64,000 nt of DNA. Origin: an uncultured bacterium. GTDB taxonomy: Bacteria > Planctomycetota > UBA1135 > GCA-002686595. The position numbers were made by a program, and so were the translations under genes. Below are positions 29,762 through 39,262 of the stretch, piece by piece. The first letter of the stretch is position 1. Each line of letters starts with the position of its first letter. The stretch covers positions 128,001-192,000 of the forward strand of contig CALSNU010000003.1 in assembly GCA_943787795.1 (NCBI GenBank), written 5' to 3'. Under the pieces are notes generated by a model. It had not been told where the DNA came from, ran no database searches, and was given only the letters and a program-made list of their open reading frames with translations.

Positions 29762-32700
29762 ATGACGCGCTCGCTCCTCGCTCCCCTCGGCCTCGGCGCC
29801 GCCTCGCTCGTCCTCCTCGCCGCGCTGGGTGCGGCGGGCGCTCCGTCCGCCCAGGAGTCCGGGACCTTCCGGGCCGCGCTCCAGAAGGCCGAGCGAGCGG
29901 CCTCCTCGGAGCGCTGGGACGTGGCGGAAGCCTCCTGCGTGCGCGCGCTCGAGCGGGACCGCAAGAACGCAGATGCCTGGGCGCTGCGAGCCCGGGTCGC
30001 CGCCGGCTCGGGCGACGTGGACCTGCAGGTCTACTGCCTCCACCAGGAGCTCCGCTATCTGGAGGCCCAGGGCGCCAAGAAGTCGGCGCTCGCCGATCGA
30101 ATGGCGCAGCTGGAGGCGCTGGACCCGATCGCCGAGGAGCTCTACGACCTGCGCTCCCGCTTCTCCAAGAAGTTCACCAAGGTCGCCCAGGCCTACGAGA
30201 AGGACGACCGCCCCCACGGGGCCATCCGCGTCTGGAAGGAGGTCCTCGCCCTCGACCCCGAGAGCGGTCCCGCCGCCGAGGCCATCGACCGCATCGCGTC
30301 TGCGCCGGATCCGAGCCTGGCGGGTGACGCGAAGCCCAAGGACCTCTTCGGGGATGTGACGGACGAGTGGATCGCCGAGTACGACGCGGAGCACCTCGAG
30401 TGGGAGGACGCGGGACGCGTCGAACGGGACAACTACGTCACCGTGACCAACGCGGGCTACGAGGTGCTCATTCGCACCGCGGAGGCCATGGAGCAGATGT
30501 CGGCCTTCTACAAGCAGTTCTTCCGCTACGGCACGCCCGAAGACGGTCGCAGCGTCTCGCGCATCCAGGTCAACGTCTTCAGGACCCGCGACGAGTACCT
30601 TGAGAAGGGCATCGGCCCGCCCGTGGAGTGGTCCGGCGGTCACTACACCGGGAGCCACGTGGAGTGCTTCATCGGCGACGGCGGGTTCGAGGGCATGGTC
30701 GGCACGCTCTTCCACGAGGCGGCGCACCAGTACGTGTCCATCGCCACCAACGCGGTGGGCTGGCTGAACGAGGGGCTCGCGTCCTTCTTCGAGGGCACAC
30801 GGATCCTGCCCAACGGGGCGGTGCTCATGAACGAGCCCGCCGACGGCCGCCTCTTCCCGCTCGCCGAGCGCATGGAGAAGGGCTGGATGGAGCACGCCCA
30901 GGACGGGTACGACCCCAACGACTCCAGCTCCACTCCGGAGAAGGCGCCCACCTGGGCCATCGTCCTGGAGAACAGCTACTCCTGGGGGCCGCCGTGGTAC
31001 GCGCCCACCTGGGGCGTGGTGTTCTTCTGCTACAACTTCCAGGACCCTGTCGACGGCCGCTTCGTCTATCGCGACGCCTTCTGGGAGTACGTGGACAAGT
31101 CCGGCGGCAAGGTCGGCAAGACCGCCATCAACACCTTCGAGGAGGTGGTGCTCGCGAGCCCCAAGGCGCCCTACAAGGACCTCAAGGGGAAGAAGCTCGA
31201 GCGCCCTGATGGCGACGACTTCGTGCTGCCGACCACGGTGGTCGAGCTGGACGCCATCTGGAAGGAGTGGATCGTCAACCTGCGGGACGAGCGCTCGGGC
31301 AAGCTCGAGCGCGCGCGGCCCTACGGGGACTGGGCCCGGCTCGCGGCGGCCAACGGCGACGCCCTCTCTGCCAAGGAGCACTTCGAGAAGGGCGTCGTGG
31401 CGAACCCCGCGGACGTGGAGCTGGCCTTCGACTTCGCCGGGCACCTCTCCGAGGCCTTCGACGAGAAGGACCGCGCCGCCAAGGTCGTGATGGACGCCCT
31501 GCGCATGCTCGAGGCGGATCCCGTCCCCGACGCCAAGCGCATCGCCCGCGGAGAGCGGCTGCTGGCGCAGCTCGACCCCAAGCGCCGCACCCTGACCCGC
31601 ACCCGGGACGAGCTCGGGGAGGCGGCGCGCTCCCTGGTGCTCTCCTACGCCGAGGCCGCGCGCCCGGCCATGGTGCAGGACATCGCCTGGCGCTTCGGAT
31701 CGGAGTTCGGGCTGCTCGACCTCTTCGATTCCTACGAGGAAGCGGTCATCGCGCGGGGCAGCGACATGGCCATCTGGGACCTCGCCTACAACGAGCGGAA
31801 TCTCGAGGGCTGGACCGTAGGCAACAACGTGTTCCAGCCCGACAGCATCCGGCTCGTGGCGGACAACGGCGGCTTCGACGCCGACAACTTCGACTTCAAG
31901 ATGCTGACCCTCGACCGGGTGACCGCGGGGGACTTCTCGATCCAGGCGGAGATGCTGGCGGAGGAGGGGACCGCGGCCTTCAGCGGCTTCGTCTTCGGCG
32001 CCAAGAGCTCCACGTCGTTCCATGGCGCGGTCTACTTCCCGCCCCGCGAGGGCGCGGCTGGCACCGCGAGCAGCGGCTTCTTCGACGTGATGAGCAGCTA
32101 TGGCGGCGGGGTCGTGAAGGCCTGGCGCCACGTGCCCGTCATCGTGGACGAGGAGGACGAGGGGCCCAGCAGGACGAGCGCGGGGGACTGGAACACCATC
32201 CGCCTCGACGTGATCGGCTCTCGAATCGATGTGTGGTGGAACGGCGGGCTCCTGACGAGCCACGACTTCCAGCTGCGCGACGCGGTCCTCGGCCGCTTCG
32301 GCCTGCTCACGGGCACCGGCGAGGCCCAGTGGCGCAACGTGCGCTACCTGTCGCGGGATCCCCGGGACCCCTCGGGCCGCATCGAGCGGCGGCAGCGGCT
32401 CGAGCGCTCGGGGGCCGACCCGGACAAGCCCGTGGACGGCAGCTACCTCGGCCTGGTGCCGCCGTTCCCCGAGGTCGGGCGCTGGGCTCAGAACCCCCGG
32501 GAGTCCTACGGTGACGTGGGCCCCAACCCCCAGCTGCTTGTCCTGTGGAGCATCGGCCAGAACGAGCTCGTCCCCATCGACGGTTGGCTCACGGCCTTCC
32601 ACCGCCGCTGGGGGCCGGAGGGGGTCGAGATCCTCTCCGTGGTCTCGCCCAACGATGACGAGCGCATCGACGAGTACCTGAAGGCGCACCCCGTCCCCGG

Positions 32701-33469
32701 CAGCGTCGCCGTGGACTCGCGGCCCTACGGGACCACGGGCATCGGCAAGACCTTCACGGAGTACTCCGTCCGGCGCTACAACCTCCCGCGCGTGCTGCTC
32801 CTGGATGTGGACGGCACGGTGGCGTGGGAGGGTGACCCCGGCTTCTCGTCCCAGAGCAAGCCCAAGCCGCCCTTCGCCTCCTACGTGGACACGCCCATGG
32901 AGGACCTGGCCGAGCGTCGGCAGCTGATCTCGGTCCGCCGCTGGCGCGAGTCATGGCAGCGCAAGGGCGAGTCGGCCCTCGCGAGCGGCGACCTCGCCGG
33001 GGCCATCGAGCTCCTGCGCGAGGCGGGGGGCTTCAAGGACTCGCCCTTCCTCGACGTGCAGCGCGCGACGGCGCGACTCCGGGCCATCGAGGAGGCGATC
33101 GAGGACCCCGATGAGGTGATCGAGGTCACCAAGGACGCGGGGACGACCCCGGCGCTGGCGGTGTTGATCGAGTGGGCCGAGGCCCTGGAGACGCCCTTCA
33201 GCAAGAAGCGCAAGGCGGCGGTGAACAAGGCCATCAAGGGCAAGACCGCCTCCCACTGGAAGCGCGCCGCCAAGGCCGCCGCCAAGGCGGGCAAGGGGCG
33301 CGCCCCCGAGGAGGAGCGGCTCGCCGAGCTCACCGCGACCCTGTCCGAGCTCGAGGGGCCGCTCGTGCGTCAGCTCGAGGCGGACGTCCAGGAGCTCGGC
33401 CTCGAGGGCGCCGCGAACGCCGATCAGCTCCCCGCCATCTGGCTCGCGCGGAACGTCTTCGGCTGGTGA
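29762..33469 (+). CDS. Large secreted protein: TPR + gluzincin (DUF1570-like) peptidase + DUF1080-like beta-sandwich + thioredoxin-like domain
   Basis: Signal peptide; HEAAH..WLNEGLA; LEGW..GDFSI..GDWNTIRLDVIGSRIDVWWNG..WRNVR; LLVLWS..YNLPRVLLLDVDGTVAW. Confidence 0.75.
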   Translation: MTRSLLAPLGLGAASLVLLAALGAAGAPSAQESGTFRAALQKAERAASSERWDVAEASCVRALERDRKNADAWALRARVAAGSGDVDLQVYCLHQELRYLEAQGAKKSALADRMAQLEALDPIAEELYDLRSRFSKKFTKVAQAYEKDDRPHGAIRVWKEVLALDPESGPAAEAIDRIASAPDPSLAGDAKPKDLFGDVTDEWIAEYDAEHLEWEDAGRVERDNYVTVTNAGYEVLIRTAEAMEQMSAFYKQFFRYGTPEDGRSVSRIQVNVFRTRDEYLEKGIGPPVEWSGGHYTGSHVECFIGDGGFEGMVGTLFHEAAHQYVSIATNAVGWLNEGLASFFEGTRILPNGAVLMNEPADGRLFPLAERMEKGWMEHAQDGYDPNDSSSTPEKAPTWAIVLENSYSWGPPWYAPTWGVVFFCYNFQDPVDGRFVYRDAFWEYVDKSGGKVGKTAINTFEEVVLASPKAPYKDLKGKKLERPDGDDFVLPTTVVELDAIWKEWIVNLRDERSGKLERARPYGDWARLAAANGDALSAKEHFEKGVVANPADVELAFDFAGHLSEAFDEKDRAAKVVMDALRMLEADPVPDAKRIARGERLLAQLDPKRRTLTRTRDELGEAARSLVLSYAEAARPAMVQDIAWRFGSEFGLLDLFDSYEEAVIARGSDMAIWDLAYNERNLEGWTVGNNVFQPDSIRLVADNGGFDADNFDFKMLTLDRVTAGDFSIQAEMLAEEGTAAFSGFVFGAKSSTSFHGAVYFPPREGAAGTASSGFFDVMSSYGGGVVKAWRHVPVIVDEEDEGPSRTSAGDWNTIRLDVIGSRIDVWWNGGLLTSHDFQLRDAVLGRFGLLTGTGEAQWRNVRYLSRDPRDPSGRIERRQRLERSGADPDKPVDGSYLGLVPPFPEVGRWAQNPRESYGDVGPNPQLLVLWSIGQNELVPIDGWLTAFHRRWGPEGVEILSVVSPNDDERIDEYLKAHPVPGSVAVDSRPYGTTGIGKTFTEYSVRRYNLPRVLLLDVDGTVAWEGDPGFSSQSKPKPPFASYVDTPMEDLAERRQLISVRRWRESWQRKGESALASGDLAGAIELLREAGGFKDSPFLDVQRATARLRAIEEAIEDPDEVIEVTKDAGTTPALAVLIEWAEALETPFSKKRKAAVNKAIKGKTASHWKRAAKAAAKAGKGRAPEEERLAELTATLSELEGPLVRQLEADVQELGLEGAANADQLPAIWLARNVFGW

Positions 33470-33476
33470 TCTCCTG

Positions 33477-33500
33477 CGCCTGCCGGGCCTCCGGCAGGCG
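33477..33500. terminator. Perfect hairpin between convergent genes
   Basis: CGCCTGCCGG-GCCT-CCGGCAGGCG; no clear U-tract. Confidence 0.55.
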
Positions 33501-33502
33501 TC

Positions 33503-35899
33503 TCAGTAGTCGACGACGACCGGCGGGGGGCCCTCGGCGTCCTTGGGTGCCTTGCGGACCGCCGCGGACCGCGTCGTGGTGGCGCCGGACTCGGTCGTGA
33601 CAACGATCTCGTACTCACCGATGGGCAGGTCACTCCAGCGCAGGTCGGGAAAGGGCGAGCTCTCACTGCTTGACCCGCTGGACCCCGCGGTCGCGGACGT
33701 TCGATAGGTCTCGGTGTAGGGTAGCCAGGCGACCTCTCCCGACCCCACGTTCGTTCCGCCTCGGACCAGGCGGACCTGCAGCCCCTGCTTCGGGAAGGCA
33801 GCGAGCAGGACCTCGCGGTTCTCCATGAGCCAGCCCTGGTCCATGGTCGCGATGGCCTGGCGGAAGCCCCCGAGGATCCGGTCGGCGTCTGCGCCGAGGC
33901 TCGCCCGGTCGAGGAAGGTGACCTGCAGGTTGCCCACCTCCGGGCGGGGGACGACGAGCGTCAAGGTCTGGCCCGCGTACGAGCGCATGTGGATCCCCGA
34001 TTGCTCCCAGCGCACGCCCGCGCCTCGGACCACGGCGGTCAACGGGAGGGCCGGGAGGCCCTCGATCAGCTGCGGCTTGCCATTCAGGGTCACCCCGGCG
34101 GACTCAAACGGCCCCGCCTTCACCTCGACCGGCCTCCCGGTCGCGTCCAGGAATTCGAGGGAGCCCCCGGTCCAGTGTTCTCCTGAGTGGTCGAGCACCT
34201 CGACCCGAACGTGGACGGCCTCGACCATCGCCACCTCCCCGAGGTCGTGGACGCCCTTCTCGAAGGCCCTGGGTGCGAGCCGCTTCGAGGCGTAGCCCTC
34301 GGCCTCGAACTCCAGCTCCCAGGTCCCCTCGTCCAGCTTCTCGATCCGGAACCTCCCGTCCGGCCCGACGCTGACGCCGTGGCGGGTGGCCGAGCGGCTC
34401 CCGTCCACGGGTTCAGACCACGTCAGCAGCTGGAACGCCGAGATGGGCTCGCCGCTCCTCTCGTCCACCAGGCGCCCCTCCAGGACCACGCCTCGCAAGG
34501 CCTCGCCGTCCAGCCGGACCTCGACCTCGGACTCGGCTGGCCCGACGGGGACGATCAGCCCCTGCGCTGGAGTGTCCCGGCCCGTGACCCTGAGCGTGCA
34601 GGGGCCAAGGAAGCGGTGGGGGAAGTCGAAACGCCCGCCTTCGCCTGTGCGCCGATCGAATTCACCAAACAGGCTCTCCCAGCTCGGCGGCGTCCCCATG
34701 ACGAGGTCGGACCCCTCGTACATTCGCTCGGACCGGAGCCTGACCCGCACGCCGGAGACGGGCTCGCCGTCTCCGTCGACCACGCGGCCGGTGAGCGGCG
34801 CCGCGCGCTCGAGTCGTAGGACGTTGACCTGCCCTTCGCCGGTCAGGTTCGCCGGCTGGATCAGGCTCACTGCGTGCCCTTGATGGAGGGCGGCAACGAA
34901 CACCGGCGCCCTCCCCCGCTCTGCCGGGTCCTCGATCCCGCCGACCGAGAAACGGCCCAGCTCGTCTGCCTTCGTGCGGGTGCGCCGGTCCCCGGAGCGA
35001 ACCTGCGCCCCTGCTGCTGGCTTCCCCTCGGCGTCCAGGACCAGCCCTGAGAGCTCGCGGCCTCGGTCGAGGGTGATGGTCAGCGCGCCGTCCGACGGGG
35101 AGTGCAGGGGAGATTGGTCCAGATGGCCGGCGGCCTCCACGGAGACCTGGACCCGGGTCTCCTCGACACCCGGGAAGCGGAATCGACCGTCCGTGCCGGT
35201 GACCCGCGGGGGCAGGATCGCACCCGCGATGGAGCCAAAGGTGGTCACCCCCGGGGTCTCCGTGCCATCTGTGCTGTCGAAGCTCCTCAGCGGGTTCGCC
35301 AGGTGGAGAGTGGCGCCCTCCACAGGGCTCCCCTTCGCATCCTCAACCGTCCCGAAGAGGACCGCGGCGGGCGCGAGGATTAGCTCGAGGCCCTCGCACA
35401 CGATGCCCTCGGCGAGGTCGCCGCGTAGGCCGCTGACGCAGACCATGTCCGGGCTAAAGGCGGCGGCCACGAACTTGGGCCCGAAGCCGCTGGCGGAGAA
35501 TTCGCCGTTCGCCGCCGAGACCACGGTCATGGCGGGGTCGCCGAGTGACCGGGGATTGGTCCATATACGCACCTCGGCGCCTGCGACCGTGAACCCCTGC
35601 TCGTCGATCACCCTCCCGGACAGCGTCGGCCCCGAGGTCACGGTCGAGGTGACCTCGGCCGCCTCGTCCGGGGAGGCGGCGAGGGATGGCTCAGCGAAGG
35701 GGGCGGGCGCCTGGGCGCGGGTGTCCCCGGAGGTCACTGGCTCCAGCGCTGCCCCTCGCTCCGCCGCGGGCTCCTGCAGGCTCTGCTTCCTGGGCGTCGC
35801 CTCGGACTCATGGGTGCCGGAGCCGGCCATCCACCAGCCGCCCAGGGCGAGGATCAGCGCGGCGGTGAGCAGGAACAGGGCGGAGGGGAGGTTCTTCAT
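33503..35899 (-). CDS. Carboxypeptidase regulatory-like (transthyretin-fold) repeat protein
   Basis: Start re-called at MKNLPS. N-terminal TM and repeated LSGRVID..G.PV.GA.V..T..DGRF modules. Confidence 0.85.
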   Translation of the reverse strand: MKNLPSALFLLTAALILALGGWWMAGSGTHESEATPRKQSLQEPAAERGAALEPVTSGDTRAQAPAPFAEPSLAASPDEAAEVTSTVTSGPTLSGRVIDEQGFTVAGAEVRIWTNPRSLGDPAMTVVSAANGEFSASGFGPKFVAAAFSPDMVCVSGLRGDLAEGIVCEGLELILAPAAVLFGTVEDAKGSPVEGATLHLANPLRSFDSTDGTETPGVTTFGSIAGAILPPRVTGTDGRFRFPGVEETRVQVSVEAAGHLDQSPLHSPSDGALTITLDRGRELSGLVLDAEGKPAAGAQVRSGDRRTRTKADELGRFSVGGIEDPAERGRAPVFVAALHQGHAVSLIQPANLTGEGQVNVLRLERAAPLTGRVVDGDGEPVSGVRVRLRSERMYEGSDLVMGTPPSWESLFGEFDRRTGEGGRFDFPHRFLGPCTLRVTGRDTPAQGLIVPVGPAESEVEVRLDGEALRGVVLEGRLVDERSGEPISAFQLLTWSEPVDGSRSATRHGVSVGPDGRFRIEKLDEGTWELEFEAEGYASKRLAPRAFEKGVHDLGEVAMVEAVHVRVEVLDHSGEHWTGGSLEFLDATGRPVEVKAGPFESAGVTLNGKPQLIEGLPALPLTAVVRGAGVRWEQSGIHMRSYAGQTLTLVVPRPEVGNLQVTFLDRASLGADADRILGGFRQAIATMDQGWLMENREVLLAAFPKQGLQVRLVRGGTNVGSGEVAWLPYTETYRTSATAGSSGSSSESSPFPDLRWSDLPIGEYEIVVTTESGATTTRSAAVRKAPKDAEGPPPVVVDY

Positions 35900-36138
35900 G
35901 GTGGCGGGATGCCGGGATCGCGGAGGGACGGGGAAGGCTGTCCCGCGCAAGGCTCCGCGCGGGACCCTATCCCGTACTCGATGAGAACCGATCTCTTCAC
36001 TCCGGATTCGATCTCGTCGCCCCTGGCGGCGGCAGGAGGGCACCTGGACTGGCGAGGTCGCCACGCCCGGCTACTTTGGGGCGACGAGAGCCTCCCGTCC
36101 CAGGGCGGCCTTGACCCTTCCCTGAGCCCCAGCCTGCC

Positions 36139-37365
36139 ATGCGAATCCTCCTCTTCTCCGCCTCGATGATCGCCGTGTCCTCCAGCGCCCTCGGGCAGAC
36201 CTGCGAGCACTACTGGGAGTTCAGCTCCACGACGGACCAGGTCGGCGGCCTCGTCACCACCCAGGTGGGCTCGCCCGTGCTCGGCGTCAACGCCACCTAC
36301 GGCGAGGCCTTCCCCGGCGCCGGCCCGAGCCTGAACAACCTGGTGAACGGCACCGCCGGCGGAAGCGGACACCTTGAGGCCAGCCTGTCCTCCGGGGGCC
36401 CCTTGGCGATGGACTTCGGGCAGGACAGCTTCTCCTTCAGCTACTGGGCGTGGGATGACTTCGCCGGCGACGGCGACGCGCGGGGCGTCCGGGTCTTCGA
36501 CAACCTCCTGAACACGGAGGAGGGCATCCAGCTCGGGACCAACCTCGCGAACGACTGGAACTTCCGGGTGGACGATGATCAGGGGGCGGTCCACATCTAC
36601 AACGTCACCTTCCAGTACCAGGCGCCTCGGGACCAGTGGTACCACGTGGTCGGAGTGGTCGAGCGCGCGTCGGGTGGTGGCGGGACCACCACCCTGTACG
36701 TGGATGGCGCCATGGTGATGGCCATCCCCTTTGTGGATACCCAGAGCGGCAGCAACATGGCGGGCAACGTCGCGCCCACCCAGGACCTCCTGATCGGCGC
36801 CATCAACGGCGGCTCCAGCGCGGGGGGCGCGCAATCCCAGGGGCTCGACGACCTGGCGTTCTACCGCGGCGCCCTCTCCGCTGCCGACGCCAGCGGCCTC
36901 GCGAGCGGCGCGCTCCGCCCCCTGGACTTCGGCGGACCGGTGCAGCGCTACTGCTCGCCGGCGATCCCCAACTCCACGGGAGCGCCGGGGACGGTGGACG
37001 CCCTGGGGAGCCTCCAGGCATCGACCAACGCGCTGACCCTCGAGGCCTCTTCCCTGCCCGCCAACGCCTTCGGCTTCTTCCTGACCAGCCAGAGCCAGGG
37101 GCAGATCGCCCAGCCGGGCGGGAGCCAGGGGGTTTTGTGCCTCGGCGGCGGCATCGGCCGCTACGTGGGTCCGGGCCAGATCAAGAACTCAGGCGCCGGC
37201 GGGGCGTTCCAGCTGGCGCTCGACCTGACCCAGACGCCGACGCCGACCGGGCTCGTGACGGTGGTCGCCGGCGACACCTGGAACTTCACCGCCTGGCACC
37301 GGGACGCGGTGGGGGGCTCGGTGACCTCCAACTTCACCGACGCGGTGTCCATCACCTTCCAGTGA
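36139..37365 (+). CDS. Secreted LamG-like jellyroll protein with shared C-terminal domain
   Basis: Signal peptide; SFSFSYW, QWYHVVGV, TLYVDG, LLIGA, LDDLAFYRGALS. C-terminal domain 36931-37365. Confidence 0.85.
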   Translation: MRILLFSASMIAVSSSALGQTCEHYWEFSSTTDQVGGLVTTQVGSPVLGVNATYGEAFPGAGPSLNNLVNGTAGGSGHLEASLSSGGPLAMDFGQDSFSFSYWAWDDFAGDGDARGVRVFDNLLNTEEGIQLGTNLANDWNFRVDDDQGAVHIYNVTFQYQAPRDQWYHVVGVVERASGGGGTTTLYVDGAMVMAIPFVDTQSGSNMAGNVAPTQDLLIGAINGGSSAGGAQSQGLDDLAFYRGALSAADASGLASGALRPLDFGGPVQRYCSPAIPNSTGAPGTVDALGSLQASTNALTLEASSLPANAFGFFLTSQSQGQIAQPGGSQGVLCLGGGIGRYVGPGQIKNSGAGGAFQLALDLTQTPTPTGLVTVVAGDTWNFTAWHRDAVGGSVTSNFTDAVSITFQ

Positions 37366-37369
37366 CCCC

Positions 37370-39226
37370 TTGAAGGCTCTCTCCTTCGGCCTGCTCGCCG
37401 CCGTCTTGGCGGCGGGCCAGGCCCCCGCACAGTCGCCGCCGAACGTCTTGCTGGTCGTCGCGGACGACCTCGCCGCTGGAGCGCTCGGGGCCTACGGCAA
37501 CGCCGAGGTCCTGACGCCGAACGTGGACCGCCTCGCGGCGCAGGGCACGGTCTTCGACGCGGCCTATTGCCAGTACCCGGTGTGCGCGCACTCGCGGGCC
37601 TCCATGCTCAGCGGCCTGTACGTGCAGCAGCTCACCGGCTCCAACGGCAGCTTCACGAACCTCGATAGCGTGCTCGGCTCCCGGGCGACCCTCCCCGAGC
37701 ACTTTCGCCAGGCGGGCTACACCGCCGCTCGGGTGAGCAAGCTCTATCACATGCGGGTGCCGGGAGACATCACCAACGGCGCCGCCGGATCGGACCACGT
37801 GCCCTCATGGGACGTGGCTGTGAATGTTCAGGCGCCGGAGTGGTCGACGCCGGGGACGACGGGGCACTACACCAATGAGACCCTGAACTTCGACCCGAAC
37901 CTGCACTACGGCCTCGGCTTCGGGACGGCGTTCTACACGGTCGAGGCCTCGACGAGCGGCGCCGAGCAAGCGGACCACGTGGCCGTGGACGAGGCCATCT
38001 CATTGCTCGATGGGTTCGGGGGGCAGCCGTTCTTCCTCGCGGTGGGGTTCGTCCGTCCCCACGTCCCCCTGGTGGCGCCCGCCTCGGACTTCGCCCTCTA
38101 CGACCCCGCGCAGCTGCCCCTCGCGCAGAGCGTGCCGGGAGATCTCGCCGACATCCCTGCCGCGGGCATCTTCTGGAACGAAGGCGCGCGGGGGCCGAAC
38201 AGCGACCCCGACCGCCGGGAGGTGTTGCGGGCCTACTACGCCTCGGTGTCCTTCATGGACCGCCAGCTCGGGCGCTTGCTCGACCGGCTGGAGCAGCTTG
38301 GCCTAGAGGACGACACGATCGTCGTGTTCACCTCGGACCACGGCTACCACCTCGGCGAGCACACCTTCTGGCAGAAGCTCAGCCTGCACGAGGAGTCGGC
38401 TCGGGTCCCGCTGATCGCCGCGGGGCCGGGGATTCAGGCGGGGCGTCGGGGGCAGGTGGCCGAGTTGGTGGACCTCTATCCGACCCTCGCGGACCTGGCG
38501 GGACTCCCGGTGCCGACGCACTGCGCGGGGCAGTCCCTGCGCGGGGTGATCGAGGGGACCAGCGGCGAGCTTCGTACGGGCGCCTACTCACGCATCGCCG
38601 GCGGCGAGCTCCTCCGGACGCCGTCGTTCGCCTACATGCGATATAGCAACGGCGCGGAGGAGCTGTACGACATGGGGCCCGCGCCCCTCGGAGACCCGCT
38701 GCAGTTCACGAACCTGGTGGCAGATCCCGCCTTCGCGTCCACCCTCTCGGCGCTCCGCGACCAGCTGGACGCGCGGGTGGCGGAGATCGAGGAGGGATCT
38801 GGCGAGGTCTACTGCGCAGGCGACGGCACGAGCGGGCTCTGCCCTTGCCTCTACTTCGGGGGGCCCGGGGAGGGCTGCCTGCACTCGGCGGGGTCCGGGG
38901 CCACGCTCACGGGCTCTGGCTACGCCAACGTCGCCGCCGATACCCTCCGGCTTGAGGTGAGGGATGGCCCGCCGTCGCGGCCGGGCCTGCTGGTCTCAGG
39001 CCTGGCGCCGACCTCGATTCCCCTGGGGGACGGGCTGCTGTGTCTGCAGACCCAGGTCCGGTACGCGCCGCTACAGCTCGATGCCCAGGGGCGAGCGAGC
39101 TACAGCCAGCTCGGGTCGACCTCCCTGGCGGGGAGCACGATCCACTACCAGTTCGCCTTCCGCGACGCGGGGCCCTGCGGCGGGAGCTTCAACCTGTCCA
39201 GCGCCTGGCGGGTCACCTGGCACTAG
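37370..39226 (+). CDS. Secreted sulfatase (iduronate-2-/choline-sulfatase-like) with shared C-terminal domain
   Basis: PNVLLVVADDL, YCQYPVCAHSRAS, GFVRPHVP, FTSDHGYHLGEH, ELVDLYPT. C-terminal domain 38801-39226. Confidence 0.88.
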   Translation: MKALSFGLLAAVLAAGQAPAQSPPNVLLVVADDLAAGALGAYGNAEVLTPNVDRLAAQGTVFDAAYCQYPVCAHSRASMLSGLYVQQLTGSNGSFTNLDSVLGSRATLPEHFRQAGYTAARVSKLYHMRVPGDITNGAAGSDHVPSWDVAVNVQAPEWSTPGTTGHYTNETLNFDPNLHYGLGFGTAFYTVEASTSGAEQADHVAVDEAISLLDGFGGQPFFLAVGFVRPHVPLVAPASDFALYDPAQLPLAQSVPGDLADIPAAGIFWNEGARGPNSDPDRREVLRAYYASVSFMDRQLGRLLDRLEQLGLEDDTIVVFTSDHGYHLGEHTFWQKLSLHEESARVPLIAAGPGIQAGRRGQVAELVDLYPTLADLAGLPVPTHCAGQSLRGVIEGTSGELRTGAYSRIAGGELLRTPSFAYMRYSNGAEELYDMGPAPLGDPLQFTNLVADPAFASTLSALRDQLDARVAEIEEGSGEVYCAGDGTSGLCPCLYFGGPGEGCLHSAGSGATLTGSGYANVAADTLRLEVRDGPPSRPGLLVSGLAPTSIPLGDGLLCLQTQVRYAPLQLDAQGRASYSQLGSTSLAGSTIHYQFAFRDAGPCGGSFNLSSAWRVTWH

Positions 39227-39262
39227 TCCGGTCTCCGCGGAGCTCGGGGGCGGAGTGACGGC

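Noticed and set aside
29033..32689. 1218-aa minus-strand ORF (similarly 6737-8542, 9605-10951, 41655-43790, 53482-55293)
   Set aside because: Antisense shadow ORFs of real high-GC3 genes; no motifs and biased composition.
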